A stretch of DNA of 64,000 bases, taken from contig OZ024741.1 of the NCBI GenBank assembly GCA_964016885.1, forward strand, positions 130,696,001-130,760,000, written 5' to 3'. This stretch comes from Eledone cirrhosa. Taxonomy: Eukaryota. Every line of letters starts with the position of its first letter. Position 1 is the first letter of the stretch. The notes beneath the pieces were generated by a model that ran no database searches, was not told the DNA's origin, and worked only from the letters and a program-made list of their open reading frames with translations. The translations under genes and the position numbers were made by a program. Positions 26,201 to 39,300 of this stretch are shown here, one piece after another.

Positions 26201-28240
26201 TGCTGTCGTCGTTGTTATTGATGTTATTGCCGTTGTTGTGGTTGTCATTATTGTTGTTGTTGCTGTCATCGTTGTTATTGTTGTTATTGCCGTTGTTGTC
26301 GTTGTCATTATTGTTGTTGTTGTTGTCGTTATTGTTGTTGTTGTTGCTGTCGTCATTGTTATTGTTGTTATTGCCGTTGTTGTCGTTGTCATTATTGTTG
26401 TTGTTGCTGTCGTCGTTGTTATTGTTGTTATTGCCGGTGTTGTCGTTGTCATTATTGTTGTTGTTGCTGTCATCGTTGTTATTGATGTTATTGCCGTTGT
26501 TGTCGTTGTCATTATTGTTGTTGTTGTTGTCGTTATTGTTGTTGTTGTTGCTGTCGTCATTGTTATTGTTGTTATTGTCGTTGTTGTCGTTGTCATTATT
26601 GTTGTTGTTGCTGTCGTCGTTGTTATTGTTATTGCCGTTGTTGTCGTTGTTATTGTTGTTGTTGTATCTGTCGTCGTTGTTATTGTTGTTATTGCCGTTG
26701 TTGTCATTGTCGTTATTGTTGTTGTTGCTGTCATCATTGTTATTGTTGTTATTGCCGTTGTTGTCGTTGTCATTATTATTGTTGTTGCTGTCGTCATTGT
26801 TATTGTTGTCATTGCCGTTGTTGTCATTGTCATTATTGTTGTTGTTGCTGTCGTCATTGTTATTGTTGTTATTGCCGTTGTTGTCATTGTCATTATTGTT
26901 GTTGTTGCTGTCATCATTGTTATTGTTGTTATTGCCGTTGTTGTCATTGTCATTATTGTTGTTGTTGCTGTCATCATTGTTATTGTTGTTATTGCCGTTG
27001 TTGTCGTTGTCATTATTGTTGTTGTTGCTGTCGTCGTTGTTATCGTTGTTATTGCCATTGTTGTCGTTGTCATTATTGTTGTTGTTGCTGTCGTCATTGT
27101 TATTGTTGTTATTGCCGTTGTTGTCGTTGTCATTATTGTTGTGTTGTTGCTGTCGTCATTGTTATTGTTGTTATTGCGGTTGTTGTCATTGTCATTATTG
27201 TTGTTGTTGTTGCTGTCGTCATTGTTATTGTTGTTATTGCCGTTGTTGTCGTTGTCATTATTGTTGTTGTTGCTGTCGTCATTGTTATTGTTGTTATTGC
27301 CGTTGTTGTCGTTATTATTGTTGTTGTTGCTGTCGTCATTGTTATTGTTGTTATTGCCGTTGTTGTCGTTGTCATTATTGTTGTTGTTGTTGCTGTCGTC
27401 ATTGTTATTGTTGTTATTGCCGTCGTTGTCGTTGTTATTATTGTTGTTGTTGCTGTTGTCATTGTTATTGTTGTTATTGCCGTTGTTGTCGTTGTCATTA
27501 TTGTTGTTGTTGTTGTGTCATCATTGTTATTGTTGTTATTGCCGTTGTTGTCATTGTTATTATTGTTGTTGTTGTTGTCGTCATTGTTATTGTTGTTATT
27601 GCCGTTGTTGTCGTTGTCATTATTATTGTTGTTGTTTTCGTTGTTATTGTTGTTATTGCCGTTGTTGTCGTTATTATTGTTGTTGTTGCTGTCGTCATTG
27701 TTATTGTTGTTATTGCCGTTGTTGTCGTTGTCATTATTGTTGTTGTTGTTGCTGTCGTCATTGTTATTGTTGTTATTGCCGTCGTTGTCGTTGTTATTAT
27801 TGTTGTTGTTGCTGTCGTCTTTGTTATTGTTGTTATTGCCGTTGTTGTCGTTGTCATTATTGTTGTTGTTGTTGTCGTCGTTGTTATTGTTGTTATTGCC
27901 GTTGTTGTCGTTGTCATTATTGTTGTTGTTGCTGTCGTCATTGTTATCGTTGTTATTGCCATTGTTGTCGTTGTCATTATTGTTGTTGTTGCTGTCGTCA
28001 TTGTTATTGTTGTTATTGCCGTTATCGTCATTGTCATTATTGTTGTTGTTGCTGTCATCATTGTTATTGTTGTTATTGCCGTTGTTGTCGTTGTCATTAT
28101 TGTTGTTGTTGCTGTCGTCATTGTTATTGTTGTTATTGCGGTTGTTGTCATTGTCATTATTGTTGTTGTTGCTGTCATCATTGTTATTGTTGATATTGCC
28201 GTTGTTGTCGTTGTCATTATTGTTGTAGTTGCTGTCGTCA
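23280..28240. repeat. ~2.5-2.6 kb tandem higher-order duplication
   Basis: Shared lesions at offset 2611 (24531/27142, 24905/27516, gtatct ~24053/26664, gccggt ~23825/26436) and 2491 (gatatt stops 25702/28193). Confidence 0.88.
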
Positions 28241-29029
28241 TTGTTATTGTTGTTATTGCCGTTGTTGTCGTTGTCATTATTGTTGTTGTTGTTGTTGCTG
28301 TCGTCGTTGTTATTGTTGTTATTGTCGTTGTTGTCGTTGTCATTATTGTTGTTGTTGCTGTCGTCATTGTTATTGTTGTTATTGCCGTTGTTGTCGTTGT
28401 CATTATTGTTGTTGTTGCTGTCGTCGTTGTTATTGTTGTTATTGCCGTTGTTGTCGTTGTCATTATTGTTGTTGTTGCTGTCGTCATTGTTATTGTTGTT
28501 ATTGCCGTTGTTGTCGTTGTCATTATTGTTGTTTTTGCTGTCGTCATTGTTATTGTTGTTATTGCCGTTGTTGTCGTTGTCATTATTGTTGTTGTTGCTG
28601 TCGTCATTGTTATTGTTGTTATTGCCGTTGTTGTCGTTGTCATTATTGTTGTTTTTGCTGTCGTCGTTGTTATCGTTGTTATTGCCGTTGTTGTCGTTGT
28701 CATTATTGTTGTTGTTGCTGTCGTCGTTGTTATTGTTGTTATTGCCGTTGTTGTCGTTGTCATTATTGTTGTTGTTGCTGTCGTCATTGTTATTGTTGTT
28801 ATTGCCGTTGTTGTCGTTGACATTATTTTTGTTGTTGCTGTCGTCATTGTTATTGTTGTTATTGTCGTTTTTGTCGTTGTCATTATTGTTGTTGTTGCTG
28901 TCGTCGTTGTTATTGTTGTTATTGCCGTTGTTGTCGTTGTCATTATTGTTGTTGTTGCTGTCGTCGTTGTTATTGTTGTTATTGCCTTTGATGTCGTTGT
29001 CATTATTGTTGTTGTTGCTGTCGTAATTG

Positions 29030-32000
29030 TTATTGTTGTTATTGCCGTTGTTGTCATTGTCATTATTGTTGTTGTTGCTGTCGTAGTTGTTATTGTTGTT
29101 ATTGCAGTTGTTGTCGTTGTCATTATTGTTGTTTTTGCTGTCGTCGTTTTTATCGTTGTTATTGCCGTTGTTGTCGTTGTCATTATTGTTGTTGTTATTG
29201 CCGTTGTTGTCGTTGTTATTGTTGTTATTGCCGTTGTTGTCGTTGTCATTATTGTTGTTGTTGCTGACGTCGTTGTTATTGTTGTTATTGCCGTTGTTGT
29301 CGTTGTCATTATTGTTGTTGTTGCTGTCGTCGTTGTTATTGTTATTGCCGTTGTTGTCGTTGTTATAGGTTGTTATTGCCGTTGTTGTCGTTGTCATTAT
29401 TGTTGTTGTTGCTGTCGTCGTTGTTATTGTTATTGCCGTTGTTGTCGTTGTTATTGTTGTTATTGCCGTTGTTGTCGTTGTCATTATTGTTGCTGTTGCT
29501 GTCGTCGTTGTTATTTTTGTTATTGCCGTTGTTGTCGTTGTCATTATTGTTGTTGTTGTTGTTGCTGTCGTCGTTGTTATTGTTGTTATTGCCGTTGTTG
29601 TCGTTGTCATTATTGTTGTTGTTGCTGTCGTCATTGTTATTGTTGTTATTGCCGTTGTTGTCGTTGTCATTATTGTTGTTGTTGTTGCTGTCGTCATTGT
29701 TATTATTGTTATTCCCGTTGTTGTCGATGTCATTATTGTTGTTGTTGCTGTCGTCGTTGTTATTGTTGTTATTGCCGTTGTTGTCGTTGTCATTATTGTT
29801 GTTGTTGCTGTCGTCATTGTTATTGTTGTTATTGCTGTTGTTGCCGTTGTCATTATTGTTGTTGTTGCTGTCGTCCTTGTTATCGTTATTATTGCCGTTG
29901 TTGTCGTTGTCATTATTGTTGTTGTTGCTGTCGTCGTTGTTATTGTTGTTATTGCAGTCGTTGTCGTTGTCATTATTGTTGTTGTTGCTGTCGTCATTGT
30001 TATTGTTGTTATTGCTGTTGTTATCGTTGTCATTATTGTTGTTGTTGCTGTCGTCATCGTTATAATTGTTATTGCCGTTGTTGTCGTTGTCATTATTGTT
30101 GTTGTTGTTGCTGTTGTCGTTGTTATTGTTGTTATTGCCGTTGTTGTCGTTGTCCTTATTTTTTGTTGTTGTTGCTGTCGTCGTTGTTATTGTTGTTATT
30201 GCCGTTGTTGTCGTTGTCATTATTGTTGCTATTGCCGTTGTCGTCGTGTTATTGTTGTTATTGCCGTTGTTGTCGTTGTCATTATTGTTGTTGTTGCTGT
30301 CGTCATTGTTATTGTTGTTATTGCTGTTGTTGTAGTTGTCATTATTGTTGGTGTTGCTGTCGTCGTTGTTATTGTTGTTATTGCCATTGTTGTCGTTGTT
30401 GTTATTGTTGTTGTTACAGTCGTCATTGTTATTGTTGTTATTGCCGTTGGTGTCGTTGTCATTATTGTTGTTGTTGTGTTGCTGTCATTCTTATTGTTGT
30501 TATTGCCGTTGTTGTCGTTGTTATTGTTGTTATTGCCGTTGTTGTCGTTGTCATTATTGTTGTTGTTGCTGTCGTCGTTGTTATTGTTGTTATTGCCGTT
30601 GTCGTCGTTGTTATTGTTGTTGTTGTTGCTGTCTTCATTGTTATTGTTGTTATTGCCGTTGTTGTCGTTGTCATTAGTGTTGTTGTTGCTGTCGTCGTTG
30701 TTATTGTTGTTATTGCCGTTGTTGTCGTAGTTATTGTTGTTGTTGTTGCTGTCGTCATTGTTATTGCTGTTATTGCCGTTGTTGTCGTTGTCATTATTGT
30801 TGTTGTTGCTGTCGTCATTGTTATTGTTGTTATTGCCGTTGTTGTCATTGTCATTATTGATGTTGTTGTTGCTGTTGTCATTGTTATTGTTGTTATTGCC
30901 GTTGTTGCCTTTGTCATTATTGATGTTGTTGCTGTCGTCATTGTTATTGTTGTTATTGCCGTTGTTGTCGTTGTCATTATTGATGTTGTTGTTGCTGTCG
31001 TCATTCTTATTGTTGTTATTGCCGTTGTTGTCGTTCTCATTATTGTTGTTGTTGCTGTCGTCGTTGTTATTGTTATTGCCGTTGTTGTCGTTGTTATTGT
31101 TGTTATTGCCGTTGTTGTCGTTGTCATTATTGTTGTTGTTGCTGTCGTCGTTGTTATTGTTATTGCCGTTGTTGTCGTTGTTATTGTTGTTATTGTCGTT
31201 GTTGTCGTTGTCATTATTGTTGTTGTTGCTGTCGTAGTTGTTATTGTTGTTATTGCAGTTGTTGTCGTTGTCATTATTGTTGTTTTTGCTGTCGTCGTTT
31301 TTATCGTTGTTATTGCCGTTGTTGTCGTTGTCATTATTGTTGTTGTTATTGCCGTTGTTGTCGTTGTTATTGTTGTTATTGCCGTTGTTGTCGTTGTCAT
31401 TATTGTTGTTGTTGCTGTCGTCGTTGTTATTGTTGTTATTGCCGTTGTTGTCGTTGTCATTATTGTTGTTGTTGCTGTCGTCGTTGTTATTGTTATTGCC
31501 GTTGTTGTCGTTGTTATTGTTGTTATTGCCGTTGTTGTCGTTGTCATTATTGTTGTTGTTGCTGTCGTCGTTGTTATTGTTATTGCCGTTGTTGTCGTTG
31601 TTATTGTTGTTATTGCCGTTGTTGTCGTTGTCATTATTGTTGCTGCTGCTGTCGTCGTTGTTATTTTTGTTATTGCCGTTGTTGTCGTTGTCATTATTGT
31701 TGTTGTTGTTGTTGCTGTCGTCGTTGTTATTGTTGTTATTGCCGTTGTTGTCGTTGTCATTATTGTTGTTGTTGCTGTCGTCATTGTTATTGTTGTTATT
31801 GCCGTTGTTGTCGTCATTATTGTTGTTGTTGTTGCTGTCGTCATTGTTATTATTGTTATTCCCGTTGTTGTCGATGTCATTATTGTTGTTGTTGCTGTCG
31901 TCGTTGTTATTGTTGTTAGTGCCGTTGTTGTCGTTGTCATTATTGTTGTTGTTGCTGTCGTCATTGTTATTGTTGTTATTGCCGTTGTTGCCGTTGTCAT

Positions 32001-32440
32001 TATTGTTGTTGTTGCTGTCGTCGTTGTTATCGTTATTATTGCCGTTGTTGTCGTTTTCATTATTGTTGTTGTTGCTGTCGTCGTTGTTATTGTTGTTATT
32101 GCAGTCGTTGTCGTTGTCATTATTGTTGTTGTTGCTGTCGTCATTGTTATTGTTTTTATTGCCGTTGTTGTCGTTGACATTATTTTTGTTGTTGTTGTCG
32201 TCATTGTTATTGTTGTTATTGCTGTTGTTGTCGTTGTCATTATTGTTGTTGTTGCTGTCGTCATCGTTATAATTGTTATTGCCGTTGTTGTCGTTTTCAT
32301 TATTGTTGTTGTTGTTGCTGTTATCGTTGTTATTGCTGTTATTGCCGTTGTTGTCGTTGTCCTTATTTTTTGTTGTTGTTGCTGTCGTCGTTGTTATTGT
32401 TGTTATTGCCGTTGTTGTCGTTGTCATTATTGTTGCTATT
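29030..32440. repeat. Duplication at ~2.15-2.2 kb offset (about 29030-30230 vs 31200-32440)
   Basis: gtcgtagtt ~29085/31236, gcagtt ~29104/31255, cccgtt..gtcgat ~29714/31861, ataatt 30065/32272, cttattttttgtt ~30158/32365. Confidence 0.85.
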
Positions 32441-33399
32441 GCCGTTGTTGTCATTGTCATTATTGATGTTGTTGTTGCTGTCGTCATTGTTATTGTTGTT
32501 ATTGCCGTTGTTGTCGTTGTCATTATTGATGTTGTTGTTGCTGTCGTCATTCTTATTGTTGTTATTGCCGTTGTTGTCGTTCTCATTATTGTTGTTGTTG
32601 CTGTCGTCGTTGTTATTGTTATTGCCGTTGTTGTCGTTGTTATTGTTGTTATTGTCGTTGTTGTCGTTGTCATTATTGTTGATGTTGTTGTCGTCGTTGT
32701 TATTGTTGTTATTGCCGTTGTTGTCGTTTTCATTATTGTTGTTGTTGTTGTCGTCGTTGTTATTGTTGTTATTGCCGTTGTTGTCGTTGTCATTATTGTT
32801 GTTGTTGCTGTCGTCATTGTTATTGTTGTTATTGCCGTTGTTGTCGTTGTCATTATTGTTGTTTTTGCTGTCGTCATTGTTATTGTTGTTATTGCCGTTG
32901 TTGTCCTTGTCATTATTGTTGTTGTTGCTGTCGTCATTGTTATTGTTGTTATTGCCGTTGTTGTCGTTGTCATTATTGTTGTTGTTGCTGTCGTCATTGT
33001 TATTTTTGTTATTGCCGTTGTTGTCGTTGTTATTATTGTTGTTGTTGCTGTCGTCATTGTTATTGTTGTTATTGCCGTTGTTGTCGTTGTCATTATTGTT
33101 GTGTTGTTGCTGTCGTCATTGTTATTGTTGTTATTGCCGTTTTTGTCCTTGTCATTATTGTTGTTGTTGTTGCTGTCGTCATTGTTATTGTTGTTATTGC
33201 CGTTGTTGTCGTTGTCATTATTGTTGTTGTTGCTGTCGTCATTGTTATTGTTGTTATTGCCGTTGTTGTCGTTGTTATTATTGTTGTTGTTGCTGTCGTC
33301 ATTGTTATTGTTGTTGTTGCCGTTGTTGTCGTTGTCATTATTGTTGTTGCTGTCGTCATTGTTATTGTTGATATTGCCGTCGTTGTCGTTGTTATTATT

Positions 33400-36300
33400 G
33401 TTGTTGTTGTTGTGTCATCATTGTTATTGTTGTTATTGCCGTTGTTGTCGTTGTCATTATTGTTGTTGTTGTTGTGTCATCATTGTTATTGTTGTTATTG
33501 CCGTTGTTGTCGTTGTCATTATTGTTGTTGTCGTCGTTGTTATTGTGGTTATTGCCGTTGTTGTCGTTGTCATTATTGTTGTTGTTGCTGTCGTCGTTGT
33601 TATTGTTGTTATTGCCGTTGTTGTCGTTGTCATTATTGTTGTTGTTACTGTCGTCGTTGTTATTGTTGTTATTGCCGTTGTTGTCGTTGTCATTATTGTT
33701 GTTGTTGTTGTCGTCGTTGTTATTGTTGTTATTGCCGTTGTTGTCGTTGTCATTATTGTTGTTGTTGCTGTCGTCGTTGTTATTGTTGTTATTGCCGTTG
33801 TTGTCGTTGTCATTATTGTTGTTGTCGTCGTTGTTATTGTTGTTATTGCCGTTGTTGTCGTTGTCATTATTGTTGTTGTTGTTGTCGTCGTTGTTATTGT
33901 TGTTATTGCCGTTGTTGTCGTTGTCATTATTGTTGTTGTTGTTGTCGTCGTTGTTATTGTTGTTATTGCCGTTGTTGTCGTTGTCATTATTGTTGTTGTT
34001 ACTGTCGTCGTTGTTATTGTTGTTATTGCCGTTGTTGTCGTTGTCATTATTGTTGTTGTTGTTGTCGTCGTTGTTATTGTTGTTATTGCCGTCGTTGTCG
34101 TTGTCATTATTGTTGTTGTTACTGTCGTCGTTGTTATTGTTGTTATTGCCGTTGTTGTCGTTGTCATTATTGTTGTTGTTGTTGTCGTCGTTGTTATTGT
34201 TGTTATTGCCGTTGTTGTCGTTGTCATTATTGTTGTTGTTGCTGTCGTCGTTGTTATTGTTGTTATTGCCGTTGTTGTCGTTGTCATTATTGTTGTTGTT
34301 GTTGTCGTTGTTATTGTTGTTATTGCCGTTGTTGTCGTTGTCATTATTGTTGTTGTTGCTGTCGTCATTGTTATTGTTGTTATTGCCGTTGTTGTCATTG
34401 TCATTATTGTTGTTGTTGTTGTCGTCGTTGTTATTGCCGTTGTTGTCGTTGTCATTATTGTTGTTGTTGCTGTCGTCGTTGTTATTGTTGTTATTGCCGT
34501 TGTTGTCGTTGTCATTATTGTTATTGTTGCTGTCATCATTGTTATCGTTGTTATTGCCGTTGTTGTCATTGTCATTATTGTTGTTGTTGTTGTCATCATT
34601 GTTATCGTTGTTATTGCCGTTGTTGTCGTTGTCATTATTGTTGTTGTTGCTGTCGTCATTGTTACCGTTGTTATTGCCATTGTTGTCGTTGTCATTATTG
34701 TTGTTGTTGCTGTCGTCATTGTTATTGTTGTTATTGCCGTTGTTGTCATTGTCATTATTGTTGTTGTTGCTGTCATCATTGTTATTGTTGTTATTGCCGT
34801 TGTTGTCGTTGTCATTATTGTTATTGTTGTTATTGCGGTTGTTGTCATTGTCATTATTGTTGTTGTTGCTGTCATCATTGTTATTGTTGTTATTGCCGTT
34901 GTTGTCGTTGTCATTATTGTTGTAGTTGCTGTCGTCATTGTTATTGTTGTTATTGCCGTTGTTGTCGTTGTCATTATTGTTGTTGTTGTTGCTGTCGTCA
35001 TTGTTATTATTGTTATTGCCGTTGTTGTCGATGTCATTATTGCTGTTGTTGCTGTCGTCGTTGTTATTATTGTTATTGCCGTTGTTCTCGTTGTCATTAT
35101 TGTTGTTGTTGCTGTCGTCATTGTTATTGTTGTTATTGCCGTTGTTGTCGTTGTGATTATTGTTGTTGTTGCTGTCGTCGTTGTTTTTTTTGTTATTGCC
35201 GTTGTTGTCGTTGTCATTATTGTTTTTGTTGTTGTTGCTGTCGTCGTTGTTATTGTTGTTATTGCCGTTGTTGTCGTTGTCATTATTGTTGTTGTTGCTG
35301 TCGTTATTGTTATTGTTGTTATTTCCGTTGTTGTCGTTGTCATTATTGTTGTTGTTGTTGCTGTCGTCATTGTTATTATTGTTATTCCCATTGTTGTCGA
35401 TGTCTTTATTGTTGTTGTTGCTGTCGTCGTTGTTATTGTTGTTATTGCCGTTGTTGTCGTTGTCATTATTGTTGTTGTTGCTGTCGTCATTGTTATTGTT
35501 GTTATTGCCGTTGTTGTCGCTGTCGTCGTTGTTATTGTTGTTATTGCCGTTGTTGTCGTTGTCATTATTGTTGTTGTTGCTGTCGTCATTGTTATTGTTG
35601 TTATTGACGTTGTTGTCGTTGACATTATTTTTGTTGTTGCTGTCGTCGTTGTTATTGTTGTTATTGTCGTTGTTGTCGTTGTCATTATTGTTGTTGTTGC
35701 TGTCGTCGTTGTTATTGTTGTTATTGCCGTTGTTGTCGTTGTCATTATTGTTGTTGTTGCTGTCGTCGTTGTTATTGTTGTTATTGCCGTTGTTGTCGTT
35801 GTCATTATTGTTGTTGTTGCTGTCGTCATTGTTATTGTTGTTATTGCCGTTGTTGTCGTTGTCATTATTGTTGTTGTTATTGCCGTTGTTGTCGTTGTTA
35901 TTGTTGTTATTGTCGTTGTTGTCGTTGTCATTATTGTTGTTGTTGCTGTCGTCGTTGTTATTGTTGTTATTGCCGTTGTTGTCGTTGTCATTATTGTTGT
36001 TGTTGCTGTCGTCGTTGTTATTGTTATTGCCGTTGTTGTCGTTGTTATTGTTGTTATTGCCGTTGTTGTCGTTGTCATTATTGTTGTTGTTGCTGTCGTC
36101 GTTGTTATTTTTGTTATTGCCGTTGTTGTCGCTGTCATTATTGTTGTTGTTGTTGTTGCTGTCGTCGTTGTTATTGTTGTTATTGCCGTTGTTGTCGTTG
36201 TCATTATCGTTGTTGTTGCTGTCGTCATTGTTATTGTTGTTATTGCTGTTGTTGTCATTGTCATTATTGTTGTTGTTGTTGCTGTCGTCATTGTTATTAT

Positions 36301-39300
36301 TGTTATTCCCGTTGTTGTCGATGTCATTATTGTTGTTGTTGCTGTCGTCGTTGTTATTGTTGTTATTGCCGTTGTTGTCGTTGTCATTATTGTTGTTGTT
36401 GCTGTCGTCATTGTTATTGTTGTTATTGCCGTTGTTGTCGTTGTCATTATTGTTGTTGTTGCTGTCGTCGTTGTTATCGTTGCTATTGCCGTTGTCATTA
36501 TTGTTGTTGTTGCTGTCGTCGTTGTTATTGTTGTTATTGCCGTTGTTGTCGTTGTCATTATTGTTGTTGTTGCTGTCGTCATTGTTATTGTTGTTATTGC
36601 CGTTGTTGTCGTTGACATTTTTTTTGTTGTTGCTGTCGTCATTGTTATTGTTGTTATTGCCGTTGTTGTCGTTGACATTATTTTTGTTGTTGCTGTCGTC
36701 ATTGTTATTGTTGTTATTGCCGTTGTTGTCGTTGTCATTATTGTTGTTGTTGTTGCTGTCGTCATTGTTATTGTTATTGCCGTTGTTGTTGTTGTTATTG
36801 TTGTTATTGCCGTTGTTGTCGTTGTCATTATTGTTGTTGTTGCTGTCGTCGTTGTTATTGTTATTGCCGTTGTTGTCGTTGTTATTGTTGTTATTGTCGT
36901 TGTTGTCGTTGTCATTATTGTTGATGTTGTTGTCGTCGTTGTTATTGTTGTTATTACCGTTGTTGTCGTTGTCATTATTGTTGTTGTTGTTGCTGTCGTC
37001 ATTGTTATTGTTGTTATTGCCGTTGTTGTCGTTGTCATTATTGTTGTTGTTGCTGTCGTCATTGTTATTGTTGTTATTGCCGTTGTTGTCGTTGTTATTA
37101 TTGTTGTTGTTGCTGTCGTCATTGTTATTGTTGTTGTTGCCGTTGTTGTCGTTGTCATTATTGTTGTTGCTGTCGTCATTGTTATTGTTGATATTGCCGT
37201 CGTTGTCGTTGTTATTATTGTTGTTGTTGTTGTGTCATCATTGTTATTGTTGTTATTGCCGTTGTTGTCGTTGTCATTATTGTTGTTGTCGTCGTTGTTA
37301 TTGTGGTTATTGCCGTTGTTGTTGTTGTTATTGTTGTTGTTGTTGCTGTCGTCATTGTTATTGTTGTTATTGCCGTTGTTGTCGTTGTCATTATTGTTGT
37401 TGTTGTTGTGTCATCATTGTTATTGTTGTTATTGCCGTTGTTGTCGTTGTCATTATTGTTGTTGTCGTCGTTGTTATTGTGGTTATTGCCGTTGTTGTCG
37501 TTGTCATTATTGTTGTTGTTACTGTCGTCGTTGTTATTGTTGTTATTGCCGTTGTTGTCGTTGTCATTATTGTTGTTGTTGTTGTCGTCGTTGTTATTGT
37601 TGTTATTGCCGTTGTTGTCGTTGTCATTATTGTTGTTGTTGCTGTCGTCGTTGTTATTGTTGTTATTGCCGTTGTTGTCGTTGTCATTATTGTTGTTGTT
37701 GTTGTCGTTGTTATTGTTGTTATTGCCGTTGTTGTCGTTGTCATTATTGTTGTTGTTGCTGTCGTCATTGTTATTGTTGTTATTGCCGTTGTTGTCATTG
37801 TCATTATTGTTGTTGTTGTTGTCGTCGTTGTTATTGCCGTTGTTGTCGTTGTCATTATTGTTGTTGTTGCTGTCGTCGTTGTTATTGTTGTTATTGCCGT
37901 TGTTGTCATTGTCATTATTGTTATTGTTGCTGTCATCATTGTTATCGTTGTTATTGCCGTTGTTGTCATTGTCATTATTGTTGTTGTTGTTGTCATCATT
38001 GTTATCGTTGTTATTGCCGTTGTTGTCGTTGTCATTATTGTTGTTGTTGCTGTCGTCATTGTTACCGTTGTTATTGCCATTGTTGTCGTTGTCATTATTG
38101 TTGTTGTTGCTGTCGTCATTGTTATTGTTGTTATTGCCGTTGTTGTCATTGTCATTATTGTTGTTGTTGCTGTCATCATTGTTATTGTTGTTATTGCCGT
38201 TGTTGTCGTTGTCATTATTGTTGTAGTTGCTGTCGTCATTGTTATTGTTGTTATTGCCGTTGTTGTCGTTGTCATTATTGTTGTTGTTGTTGCTGTCGTC
38301 ATTGTTATTATTGTTATTGCCGTTGTTGTCGATGTCATTATTGCTGTTGTTGCTGTCGTCGTTGTTATTATTGTTATTGCCGTTGTTCTCGTTGTCATTA
38401 TTGTTGTTGTTGCTGTCGTCATTGTTATTGTTGTTATTGCCGTTGTTGTCGTTGTGATTATTGTTGTTGTTGCTGTCGTCGTTGTTTTTTTTGTTATTGC
38501 CGTTGTTGTCGTTGTCATTATTGTTTTTGTTGTTGTTGCTGTCGTCGTTGTTATTGTTGTTATTGCCGTTGTTGTCGTTGTCATTATTGTTGTTGTTGCT
38601 GTCGTTATTGTTATTGTTGTTATTTCCGTTGTTGTCGTTGTCATTATTGTTGTTGTTGTTGCTGTCGTCATTGTTATTATTGTTATTCCCGTTGTTGTCG
38701 ATGTCTTTATTGTTGTTGTTGCTGTCGTCGTTGTTATTGTTGTTATTGCCGTTGTTGTCGTTGTCATTATTGTTGTTGTTGCTGTCGTCATTGTTATTGT
38801 TGTTATTGCCGTTGTTGTCGCTGTCGTCGTTGTTATTGTTGTTATTGCCGTTGTTGTCGTTGTCATTATTGTTGTTGTTGCTGTCGTCATTGTTATTGTT
38901 GTTATTGACGTTGTTGTCGTTGACATTATTTTTGTTGTTGCTGTCGTCGTTGTTATTGTTGTTATTGTCGTTGTTGTCGTTGTCATTATTGTTGTTGTTG
39001 CTGTCGTCGTTGTTATTGTTGTTATTGCCGTTGTTGTCGTTGTCATTATTGTTGTTGTTGCTGTCGTCGTTGTTATTGTTGTTATTGCCGTTGTTGTCGT
39101 TGTCATTATTGTTGTTGTTGCTGTCGTCATTGTTATTGTTGTTATTGCCGTTGTTGTCGTTGTCATTATTGTTGTTGTTATTGCCGTTGTTGTCGTTGTT
39201 ATTGTTGTTATTGTCGTTGTTGTCGTTGTCATTATTGTTGTTGTTGCTGTCGTCGTTGTTATTGTTGTTATTGCCGTTGTTGTCGTTGTCATTATTGTTG

